In this document: one piece after another, positions 9,641 to 19,000 of the stretch
Position numbering within the stretch: the first letter of the stretch is position 1
Layout: each line of letters opens with the position of its first letter
From: an uncultured Acidimicrobiales bacterium
GTDB taxonomy: Bacteria > Actinomycetota > Acidimicrobiia > Acidimicrobiales > CATQHL01
Assembly: GCA_958295925.1 (NCBI GenBank)
Contig: CATQHL010000001.1
Coordinates: 755,931-819,930, forward strand
Reading direction: 5' to 3'
Length of the DNA stretch: 64,000 nucleotides
Made by a program: the position numbers and the translations under genes
Notes under the pieces: model-generated
Database searches by the model: none
What the model saw: the letters and a program-made list of their open reading frames with translations, nothing else
Told to the model about the DNA's origin: nothing

Positions 9641-12600
9641 ACGAGTGTGGCGGGGGCTATGGGGACATCGGGAGGCGCTTGCCAGCCAGCGAGGTGAGAA
9701 GGCGTGATGGGGTCTGAAACCAGCATCCGCCAGTTGGCAAATAGAGCGTAAGGCCGATTGGTGTCACCGAGTTGCAGCGTCGGCCCTGCGGCGTCGAGCG
9801 ATTCTTCAGGACTTTGGGCGTGAGCATGTGGGGACGCGCTGGGCGAAAACAGGGAAGCGTCAAACGAGTCGGACGCGTTGTTGGGCAGTGACAGAAACTC
9901 GCCCGCCGATAATCCAGGCATTACCGGGCCTCGCAAGACTTGAACCGGCCCCAGCAGGTCGGTGAGGTTCTCGTAGCTGGAAAACGTCTTGGCTGCCCGC
10001 AGGCGCACCGCTCGATGGCGCAGGTCGTCGTTTGCCACAACCGAGTTGCGGAAATGCTCACGAGTCCCGGGCAGATCCTCGTCGGTTACCACATCCCGGT
10101 AGCGGGTTACCCCAGCCGCCCCGTTGTCTTCGTCGGGAGTCGGGAAATCGCCGTTGATTCTCTTTCCGAAGTGCTCGCCCCACTCCTCGGTGACCTCGGT
10201 GTGGGCCTGCACGATCCAGCCTTTCTTCATGGCGAACTCACGCTCCCGCTTGCATATGACCTCTAGTCGATCCTCCGGCACCCGCGCCTGCCCCAGGATC
10301 ATCGAGGCCGGGACGACCGACTCGTCAGGAGCGTCAACCAGAAAGCGTCGGGCGCCTCTTCCAACTCGCCCGAACGGCTCGTGGAGCATCGTGCGGATCA
10401 CCCGCTGATGGTCGTTGAACTCCACCGACGCAGTGTGCAGTCGTGTCATCTCGACCGCGCAGTGCCGGGCGGCCTCGTTGCGCTCTCGTCTGCGCTCCTC
10501 TGTCTCGAAGTAGTCAAGGGAGTCCTGGGCGGCCCGCTTTCCGAAATACACCAGAACAGCAAACGCCAAACACGCAAAACCGATCAACAGCCAGACGTCA
10601 ATCAGCGAGGTGGTCACAAACCCCCACTCGAACAAATTGCCGATCACCCCGAAGCGTCGCTCGATGATCGCGATGACGCCGACAACCGCCAACACGCCAC
10701 AAACGATGAGCACCCAGCGAAAAACGCGCCTCGATGAGCGTGCGGCCTCGTGCTCGGCGTCGGAGGATATTCGCTTCTTGTTGGCAGCGAAGCCGTTGGC
10801 GGCGGCCTCTGTCGACTCCGCGAGGTGATCACCCAGACGCCAGAGAGCCGTCCAACGCCACTGCGACTGCCAGTCATCCCAGCGTTGCTTGATACCGCGG
10901 AGAGTCTCCATCGTCGGCGGCTCATCGCCATCCAGCCCAGTCGAGGCTCTGGAAGGGGCGGCCGGGTGCTCCTCCTCACGATCTGGGGAATCCGCATCAA
11001 CGCCAGGGGAATCCTCGTCAACGTCCTCGTCGGCGCCCTCGTCAATGTCGTAGACGGCGTCCTCGACGGCTTCAGGCGTCGCTTCTTGGCCTTCAACCGA
11101 CCCCTGGTCCCACTTTAAGAATCCTGGGGAGGAATCGGTGGAGTCAACTTTTTCACCCGCTTCGTTATTAACTCGCAGTCCGTGCACGTTCAAATAGCTT
11201 GGGGGATCGGCAGAGCCGCTATATCTGCCTTGAGGATTCGTGCGACTGCTGTCGTGCATGCTTGAATTGCTCGGGGGATCGGCAGAACCCCCCATTGGGG
11301 ATTCCCCGTCTTCCTCGTCGTCGTAGTCGTCGAAATCGCCGCCCTCCTCGTAATCGTCGGCGAACTCTTCTCCTTCGACCGTCCGAAAATCATCGGTGAA
11401 CCCGGGGGAGGTGGACCTGCCTGCGCCCTCTGGGTCAAGCATCTGCTGAAACCTGCGGCTGAGCATCGTGTCGACGGGGTCGATCTCCCTCACGCCCAGC
11501 GCCGCGGCGTACTCGGGCGGCAAGACGAACGGCTCGGCGTCGGGAGGCGGGGCAACAACGCTCGGGTCGGCCCAGATGAGCCGTGTGCCCTTCTCGGCGC
11601 CCGGCAGAGGGGGCGGACAGCTGATGCCCTCAGGCATGTCAGAGCCGTCAACCAGCCCGTAGAGCGCTTGGCGCAGCGTCTCCCAGGTTTTCGGCGTCGC
11701 CATTATGCCGGTGGAGAGGCCGGGCATGCCGGAGAGTCGAAGAGCCTCGACCGTGGGAGCAATCCCGGCCGGCGACAGCGTCTTGAAGAACGCCAGCGCC
11801 TTCTCGGTGTCGCTGACCTCTTCAGGAACTGCCATAGGGGTGAACAGCAGCTTGGCGGCCTTGGCGCCCCGCTTCACGCATCTGCCCAGACGCTGCCACC
11901 AGTAGCGGGGATCGGACTTCTCAGATGACTGAAGAGGGTGAAAGTCGAACCCGCACTTGGCTGTGAGCGGTGGCAGGAACGACATCGGGAGGTACACCCC
12001 CGGGTTGACCCGCTGAGTGGCAAGCCCTGACGGCTCCGGCCAAGGCGCCGTAGTGAAGATCATCTCCGATGCGTTGACTGCGTTGAACTTCTCGCCGAAG
12101 ACCACTCTTACCTGCGGGCGGACGATGCGAGCCGGCTTGGTCACGCCTTCGATTTGGTCTGTCGCATCCCAAGCTCCGCTGCTGAACGTCCAGCCACCCC
12201 CTGCACAAAGGGCGGTGAGCGCACAAAGTCCGGGGACGTCCTCATCTTCCACGCTCACGTACGGCCTGCGGTTGTCCACCAGCATCCTTGAGTCGTGAAG
12301 CAGATGCAAGTCCCACATTGGTGAGAACGCCTCGGGAATAGCCACGGCATCCGGGTCTGCCGCACCCACTGTGACGGCGCGAAGCAGTACTTCGCCAGGT
12401 ACGAACTTCGCTTTAATCGATTCGCATGCCGCCGACTCAAGCTCGTACTGCGTGCCCCATGCGCCTAGCCTCTCGGCCCTCAGCACGGCGAACGTCACCG
12501 CCTCATAGCGCTCCCTGCTCAAGACCTCGTCAAGCCTGCCCGTGCGCCAGGAATTGCTGTCGGCGTAGCGACAGGCTGCCCGCGTGGAGGACTTGACAAG

Positions 12601-12720
12601 GGACTCGAGCGAGCAGGACACCACCCCGGACAGCAGGCCCGCTTTCGCCCAGGCTGAGAGGCTCTGTTCGTATGGCTCCGGGTTGACGCCGGAGCAGACG
12701 GTAAGACAGGCGGAACTCAC
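9637..12720 (-). CDS. 1027-aa protein of unknown function with an acidic disordered centre and a 2-TM hairpin; last gene of the tubulin-like/vWA operon
   Basis: The GTG start overlaps the stop of the upstream gene (GTGA). The acidic low-complexity stretch is 'EEFADDYEEGGDFDDYDDEEDGE..DEGADEDVDEDSPGVDADSPDREEE'. Two hydrophobic helices are 'VFRWVLIVCGVLAVVGVIAII' and 'LIDVWLLIGFACLAFAVLVYF'. No recognisable catalytic motif. Confidence 0.7.
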   Translation of the reverse strand: MSSACLTVCSGVNPEPYEQSLSAWAKAGLLSGVVSCSLESLVKSSTRAACRYADSNSWRTGRLDEVLSRERYEAVTFAVLRAERLGAWGTQYELESAACESIKAKFVPGEVLLRAVTVGAADPDAVAIPEAFSPMWDLHLLHDSRMLVDNRRPYVSVEDEDVPGLCALTALCAGGGWTFSSGAWDATDQIEGVTKPARIVRPQVRVVFGEKFNAVNASEMIFTTAPWPEPSGLATQRVNPGVYLPMSFLPPLTAKCGFDFHPLQSSEKSDPRYWWQRLGRCVKRGAKAAKLLFTPMAVPEEVSDTEKALAFFKTLSPAGIAPTVEALRLSGMPGLSTGIMATPKTWETLRQALYGLVDGSDMPEGISCPPPLPGAEKGTRLIWADPSVVAPPPDAEPFVLPPEYAAALGVREIDPVDTMLSRRFQQMLDPEGAGRSTSPGFTDDFRTVEGEEFADDYEEGGDFDDYDDEEDGESPMGGSADPPSNSSMHDSSRTNPQGRYSGSADPPSYLNVHGLRVNNEAGEKVDSTDSSPGFLKWDQGSVEGQEATPEAVEDAVYDIDEGADEDVDEDSPGVDADSPDREEEHPAAPSRASTGLDGDEPPTMETLRGIKQRWDDWQSQWRWTALWRLGDHLAESTEAAANGFAANKKRISSDAEHEAARSSRRVFRWVLIVCGVLAVVGVIAIIERRFGVIGNLFEWGFVTTSLIDVWLLIGFACLAFAVLVYFGKRAAQDSLDYFETEERRRERNEAARHCAVEMTRLHTASVEFNDHQRVIRTMLHEPFGRVGRGARRFLVDAPDESVVPASMILGQARVPEDRLEVICKREREFAMKKGWIVQAHTEVTEEWGEHFGKRINGDFPTPDEDNGAAGVTRYRDVVTDEDLPGTREHFRNSVVANDDLRHRAVRLRAAKTFSSYENLTDLLGPVQVLRGPVMPGLSAGEFLSLPNNASDSFDASLFSPSASPHAHAQSPEESLDAAGPTLQLGDTNRPYALFANWRMLVSDPITPSHLAGWQAPPDVPIAPATLV

Positions 12721-15700
12721 ACTATGACTCTTGCCTGGGCGGCACTGATCTTCTCAATCTGGCTCTGGACATCCTCGTAGCCCTGCAGGGAATCCTCGAC
12801 AATCTCAAGCGTCGGCAAGTCCGGGATCGCCCTCCCGTTGCTTCCCCTGCATTCGCTGCCGTCCAACCCCATCTGCCCCAGCCGCTTGAAGCGTTCGATG
12901 TTGGCGTTCAGGTAATTGCGGGCCGCCTCCACACGCGACGCGGGGTCTGGCCCATCGGCTTTGGCCAAATCAACCGTCAACCCCCTCTGCGGACCGAGTT
13001 CCAAGACCCTGCGAAGGTGCTCGCTCCCGAAACCTCCGTGACTCAAGTCGCCCAGTTCGTATAGTCGCCTATAAGGCTCAAGCACCGAGAGTCCACTCGC
13101 GTCGACATTGGCGTAGCAAAGCGAGAATGACTCCAGCAACCCTGCCAGAATGTCGTTCCCGTCTACCTTTGAGAGAAGCGGGAACGGAAAACTCACTTTT
13201 CCGTCCGAAGAAGACCCGATTTCAATCGGCTTTGAGGGAGCGGCGGTTACAAAACCGCACAGGCGCGCCACGGCAAAACCCCTGATCATCGAATTCCGCA
13301 AGGCCGGGGGCATTGGCGTGAAGGCGTCAAGCGTGCGACTGCGTCGCCAGAGCCAGAACCCCGCCTGCACCTTGTCGGGATCGCCCTTGTACTCACTGAG
13401 CTTGTAGGCAATGGGTTTCGTGAACGATCTGACAACCAGCGGGTGCACAGGATTGGAGATGAACGAGGAGACGAGCACCGAGGACGTGTCGGTGGCCGCC
13501 TCAGGCAACGACTCCTCTGCCCAAATCTGTTCCGCTATCGGCCGGGCGGGATGCCCCACCGGAAACGGAAACGGAGCACAAATCTTGTCGACTTTCAGGT
13601 CTGGCTCGTAGATGACGCCGAAAAGGTGCTGATTGATCTCCACCAGCGGCCTTGACTGCACAAGCGCCTTTTCCAGGCAGTTACGGAACTGATCGAGCCG
13701 CTCGGTGTGATCTGTCCTGGTTTCGTTGGTAATCGGGCATTCCTTCGACAGGTAGGCACCGAGACCCTCGTCAATGAATCGGGCAAATCGCGATCCTGGC
13801 ATTTCTATCCAGGACGTGACCCTTTCCAGCATGGAGTCGCTGTCGACCCTGCACTCCAGCGGGGCTTGCGTGCCGGGCGACCACCGGTACTTCCCGGAAG
13901 TCGTCAACAACGGCCTTACTGAGTCACCGTCGCCTGCGATTAGCAGCCAGCGGGCCGCCTCTATCGGATTTTGTGACTGGCCTGAGCTGCCGTTGCCCTG
14001 GATCGCCTCCCCGCAAAGCCCCTCAAGAACCTCGGGCCATTTGTTGTGTGACTCCAGGGTGAACTCGATAACCGATGGGCGGTAGGCAACCGGGACGCTT
14101 TCGACGCCGGAGGGCCATTCCTTGACCTCCTCCTTGCCCAGGGCCTCCACTGCCTGACCTATTGCCGCTCGCAAGGCCGAGTCGGCCGGACGCAGAATCT
14201 CGTTGGTCGCAGCCGCAATTATGTCGCGGATTCTTGCATTGCGCATCTGACGCCACCAAAGCGAGAGCGCCCTGGCGATCTTCTCGAACGCATCCTCCAC
14301 CGGCTCGGAACTTCGCAGCAGCGACCCCTTGTGTATATCCAACTCGCTGGTAGCCATGCCGTACATGCGTCGCCATTCTTCACCGAGCTTGAACTCTTCA
14401 CGACGTAGGTTTTCCATGTCCCTGTCCGCCGCCATGATGGCTAAGCGGATCGCTTCGGCCGCAACCTGCAACGACGTATTGGCGATCACCTCAGAGGCCG
14501 CCCTGCAAGTCTCCTGCAGCACCTGTACGCCCCAATCGGAAACGTCAACGTCTCCCGCCCGGTGTTGAATACCGTCTCTGCTTGCTCGAACCTGATTTTC
14601 TATCCAGGCCCTCCATTGCGCCCCGTTTCCCTGCTGGGTGTCAAGGAACGGGCGTTGAAGGTTGGCGAGGATTCTGGATTTTTCCTGATTCAGCAGACGG
14701 TCAGAGGCGAACTGCTCTCGGGCTGAACCCAGCCCCAACGCCTTGCCCTCGTGTCCGGAGCGGACGAGATAAACGTGCGAGTAGTGCTTCTCCGCGAGCA
14801 TTCTGACTTGCTGGCTCTCTGGAAGATCTTTATCGACTGCCGCCGCTAGAGCGACCTTCGTGTGCCCGCTTCTAAGCAGTTCCAGCACCATTCTGGCCAA
14901 GAGGTTGCGCGCCCATGCCGCAAAGTGGTCACGTCCCACCGTCACGCTGGCGGCACCGAAGGAAGAGACCGCGCCGTAGAGCTCGTTCTTGCCAAACGTG
15001 TATCCGCCGAGATGCAACTTGGCGTTGCTCAGCCAGTTGGTGGAGATGAAGTTGAGCACCTGCTCCTGCACCGAACTCTGGGTCACCCAGTTGGAGAGTG
15101 TCTCTCCGACCGCCCTGTACACCGACTTCGTGTCGCCGAGGTCGCCGCCTTCGAGGGTGTGCCTGCTGACGATGAATACGGAGTGAGGCCCGCTGCCTGG
15201 GTTGTTGACGGATGTCTCGAAAGGTGAATAGGTTTCGTTCGACCAGTAGGTGGCCAGAGTCTCAGAAAGCATTCCGAGGGAGTTGGCAGCCATGCCAAGA
15301 GACATCTTGAAGTCGAAGATGTCAGGGGTGAAGAGCACCAGAATGGGGAACTTTCCTGCGTCGTCGGTTCGCCTCACAAGGTCAACGACGTCGAGGGCGA
15401 TTCCTGCGCCTGTTCCGCCCGCCATGGAGGCGCAGATGACCACAATGGGGCTGGGTGCCTTTTCTCCCAGCACGGTCTTTACGCCGAGCCTCTCCGAGGC
15501 CAACGCCAGGTCGGAGCCCCCAGCCCTGGTGGAGTTGAAGGCTTCCTGAAGACGTGAGCGCAGAGCCCTGTCGAGGGCCACAAGGCCAGGGACGCGCCCT
15601 ACCGACCTGAACTGACCCGCTCCGCTCTCCAGCGGTACGAACACTTGTTCAGGATCGGGCATCCACCCGATGAGGTGCTTGTATTCCTCGCTGCTTGCCG

Positions 15701-15968
15701 GCGGGTAAAGCGCCAGCAGGCGGTCGTAGGGCGCCCTGAAGGTGCCGTCGCCCTGGGAAACCCTGAGGAAGTCGACATCGGGCAATGGCGGAATTTCCAC
15801 CTTGTCCTCCTGAACCGTCAAGGTGTCGAGGCCAATAAAATTCCAAGCTTTGGGAATTTCACTTGTCCAGCCCGCCTTGCGAAGCTTCCGCTGGACGGCG
15901 TCACGGACATACCGGACTGCCTTTTGCCCCGAACCTCCGCAACCGATCATTATCACGGGCTTCAGCAC
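12717..15968 (-). CDS. giant FtsZ/tubulin-like GTPase (Tubulin_2 / FtsZl-type), 1083 aa
   Basis: The N-terminus has the FtsZ/tubulin nucleotide loops in order: 'VIMIGCGGSGQKAV' (T1), 'ESGAGQFRSVGR' (T3, compare FtsZ GAGANPEVGR) and 'CASMAGGTGAGIALDVV' (T4 signature GGGTGxG). About 750 further residues have no recognised motif. Confidence 0.8.
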   Translation of the reverse strand: MLKPVIMIGCGGSGQKAVRYVRDAVQRKLRKAGWTSEIPKAWNFIGLDTLTVQEDKVEIPPLPDVDFLRVSQGDGTFRAPYDRLLALYPPASSEEYKHLIGWMPDPEQVFVPLESGAGQFRSVGRVPGLVALDRALRSRLQEAFNSTRAGGSDLALASERLGVKTVLGEKAPSPIVVICASMAGGTGAGIALDVVDLVRRTDDAGKFPILVLFTPDIFDFKMSLGMAANSLGMLSETLATYWSNETYSPFETSVNNPGSGPHSVFIVSRHTLEGGDLGDTKSVYRAVGETLSNWVTQSSVQEQVLNFISTNWLSNAKLHLGGYTFGKNELYGAVSSFGAASVTVGRDHFAAWARNLLARMVLELLRSGHTKVALAAAVDKDLPESQQVRMLAEKHYSHVYLVRSGHEGKALGLGSAREQFASDRLLNQEKSRILANLQRPFLDTQQGNGAQWRAWIENQVRASRDGIQHRAGDVDVSDWGVQVLQETCRAASEVIANTSLQVAAEAIRLAIMAADRDMENLRREEFKLGEEWRRMYGMATSELDIHKGSLLRSSEPVEDAFEKIARALSLWWRQMRNARIRDIIAAATNEILRPADSALRAAIGQAVEALGKEEVKEWPSGVESVPVAYRPSVIEFTLESHNKWPEVLEGLCGEAIQGNGSSGQSQNPIEAARWLLIAGDGDSVRPLLTTSGKYRWSPGTQAPLECRVDSDSMLERVTSWIEMPGSRFARFIDEGLGAYLSKECPITNETRTDHTERLDQFRNCLEKALVQSRPLVEINQHLFGVIYEPDLKVDKICAPFPFPVGHPARPIAEQIWAEESLPEAATDTSSVLVSSFISNPVHPLVVRSFTKPIAYKLSEYKGDPDKVQAGFWLWRRSRTLDAFTPMPPALRNSMIRGFAVARLCGFVTAAPSKPIEIGSSSDGKVSFPFPLLSKVDGNDILAGLLESFSLCYANVDASGLSVLEPYRRLYELGDLSHGGFGSEHLRRVLELGPQRGLTVDLAKADGPDPASRVEAARNYLNANIERFKRLGQMGLDGSECRGSNGRAIPDLPTLEIVEDSLQGYEDVQSQIEKISAAQARVIV

Positions 15969-16034
15969 CTGATCTCCTCCTTGTTCACTTCAAGTTCCTG
16001 GCCATTCGCGCCGATTTTCAATATCGGCGGCGGC

Positions 16035-19000
16035 TCAAACAAACGGATCACTCGATCCTTCCCAAGGAAGGTCGCCTGCACCGCCCGGTGGCGGCTGTCG
16101 GTTCTGCTCGTCAAACGGCGACCGCCAGCGATCAAATTGGGCATCCCCGCCTCCTGGCTGCTGACCACGCTCTTCAAAGGGCGACGAGTCGCCCCGCTCG
16201 AAAGTCTCCGATTGCTGCTGCGCCTCGGCCTCTCTGGGGGCGGAGCGCTGGGCAGCGAGTTTTGACGAAACCTCATTCAGGATGTCGTCGAGGCGAGCCT
16301 GTGCTTCTTCCTTGCTTGAGGGCACGTCCCAGAAAACCAGCCTGTTCCTGCCACCGAGCGTCTCGATCACCCAGCCGTCGCGCAAAGTCGAGCCCACCAG
16401 ACCCACTCTGCGGTCCTTCTGAACGAGGCTCCCCTTGTTGGCCACGCACTCCCCGTTGGTTGAAATCGCCACTATCTGCACGTCTTTGCCCAGCAAGAGC
16501 GGCAACCAGCCGATCTTGAGCTGGACGCCTTCCACCAGTGCTGATGAGTGCCCCATGGCCAGTTCGGGCGCGAAGCCACACTCGACGGGGTCAATCATCA
16601 GTCCCCTCCCGTCGGGGGTCGTGACAATGCCGCCGGAGTCTCTCACTACCTCCGCCGAATAGCTGCGCGGGTAGGAGATGGGCGCCCAGCGGCGGCGTCG
16701 CCAAGCCGCTGCCGTGCGTGAGCCTGCGACCAATACCAGCAGACCCGCGAGCAGCACCAGGAACGCAGCCAAGAAGACGTTTGTGTCCCAAACCGCCAAC
16801 TCGATGTCGGCCATGGTGCCCTCCATCACCTCAGCGTCGGGCGCCTCCAGGTCGTCGTCGACTATCAACCACTCGCCCTTGACGGTCAGATCGGCTGTGG
16901 TGTCGGACTCGGGAAGCACCTCCAGTTCCAGCACAGGACATTCAAAGCCGTCTTCGTTAGCCGGGACTTCACACTCATACTCCTCAATCTCAACCGTGAA
17001 CTCATCGCCGTCGGCTGGGCTGACTACAACCTCACCCACAGTGAAGCGTCCGTCGACAACCCCGCTGTCGACTTTAAAAACAACTGACCCCTGCGGATCG
17101 AATGGATCGCCGACTGCCGCATCCATTTGGCTTGGGAGATAGCCGAGCACCTCAGTGGCCACGAACTGGCGATCAAAGCTCGACTGGACTGGACTGGAAA
17201 GCGACTCCTCGGCGCTTTCGAGAGACGCCCGAACCGAAAGCTCGGCCACGGCACCGCCTGGGGAAAGCACGCTGATCGGCAAATCGGGGCACTCGAAACC
17301 CTCCTCGTTTGCCGGGACCCGACATTCCCAGGGCGGCATCTGAACGTCCAACTCGGCGTCGCCTGCTCCGCTCGCTGCGATCTCCTCAACCGACAACACA
17401 CCCTCGAAAGCTCCGCCGTCGGCAGCAAAGCGCAATGCCCCTGACGGGTCAAAAGGTTCATCGGACAGTTCGGCGGAAACGTTGCGTGGCAACACGCCGA
17501 CAACCTCAACCACGTCAGCAGAAATCGTGTAGCTGTCCTGTTCGCCTGCCTCGAGCGTCTTGTCGGTGGTCTCCGCCTGTACGTCCAGCGACAGATTGGC
17601 CTTTACGTCCTCAACTGAGATTATGTCAATCGACAACTCAGGACAGGCCACGTCATCTTCACCTGCCGGCACATTGCAAACCCAGCGCGGATTCCTCACT
17701 GTCACCTCCTCACCTTCCAACCCGCTGGCTGAGGCGTCCTCGAGACGCAGCTCGCCGTCGAAGGAGCCACCCTTGGCGGTTACGAGAACCTTCCCGGAGG
17801 GGTCAAAGAGGGAGTCGCTGATGTTGACGGTCGCAATTTCCGGCAGCACGCCGCGCACTGACGCCTCAATCCAGTTTCCATCGTCTTCCGGCGGCAACTG
17901 GCCAGGCTCCCCAGGCGCCGCACCCTCCGACGGCAACCCCCCAGGCTCCGTGGGCGCCGCACCCTCCATCGGCAACCCCCCAGGCTCCGTGGGCGCCGCA
18001 CCCTCCATCGGCAACCCCCCAGGCTCCGTGGGCGCCGCACCCTCCGACGGCAACCCCCCAGGCTCCGTGGGCGCCGCACCAGGCGCAACTCCGGTGGTAG
18101 GAATGCCGGGCGCAGGTCGGGTGGATTCGGACGGCAACTCCTGCGTCGGATCGGGACACTGCGCATCTCCCAGGTCTGCGGGCAGCGCGGGATCTGGCGA
18201 ATCGGTAAATTCAAAACAGAAATCCCACGTCTGGGAATACTTGGTGTTTACCTTCAGCTCCAACTCCGGGCAGGCGAACCCGTCGGCACCCGCAGCGCCT
18301 GAAGGCGCCTCGCAGCGCCAACCGACCACCACGTCCACAGGGAAGGAACTCCCCTCGTCGTCTCGTGCCAGCACCTGAGGCTCACTCAGCACCCTCGAAC
18401 GGGCGCAGGGGAAAACCGTCACCTGGAAACTTAGCGACGCTCCCATCTGAGCGACAGCCCTGTCCGGCTCAAAGCAAAAGACGACATCTTCGGTCACATC
18501 CCCGGAATCCGCTATCGGCCAGAAGTCATATGGCCCGTACTCGATCCTCTTGCCAAGCGACACCTCTACCGGCACTGCGCGCTTGCCGTCTGGCGACTGG
18601 TTCTCAGCAAGGAAAGTGCTGCCTGCTGTCGCCTTGATGATGTCGTCGACGATGCCCCCAAGCACGAATCCACCATCGGCTTCCACCTGCGCGGACGACC
18701 CGAAATCTGCGTCCGCCCCGTCGTGCAGGGCTTCGGCTATGCGCGTGGAAACCACCAGAATTTCATCGGTCGCAACGCTCTCCAAATCATTTACGACGCC
18801 GGTGAGGCTGTCGCCGTCGAATTCGAGATTGTCCACGCGCGCCCTGCTTCTCAGAAGTTCCTCTGTGGTCGTGGCTGCGGCTGCCTTCTCCCCCTCTGGG
18901 CCAAAGAACTCGACCACCCAAGTCTGAGCGTCCCATGATGTCTCCCGCCAAATCTCGCTAAGAAGATGCACCCAGATGACGCTGCGACTGGGGCTTAAGA

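Noticed and set aside
17892-18086. A regular 39-bp repeat array that could superficially suggest a CRISPR or minisatellite locus
   Set aside because: The units are contiguous with no spacers. They lie in frame inside a long ORF and encode a sensible Pro/Gly/Thr-rich peptide repeat.
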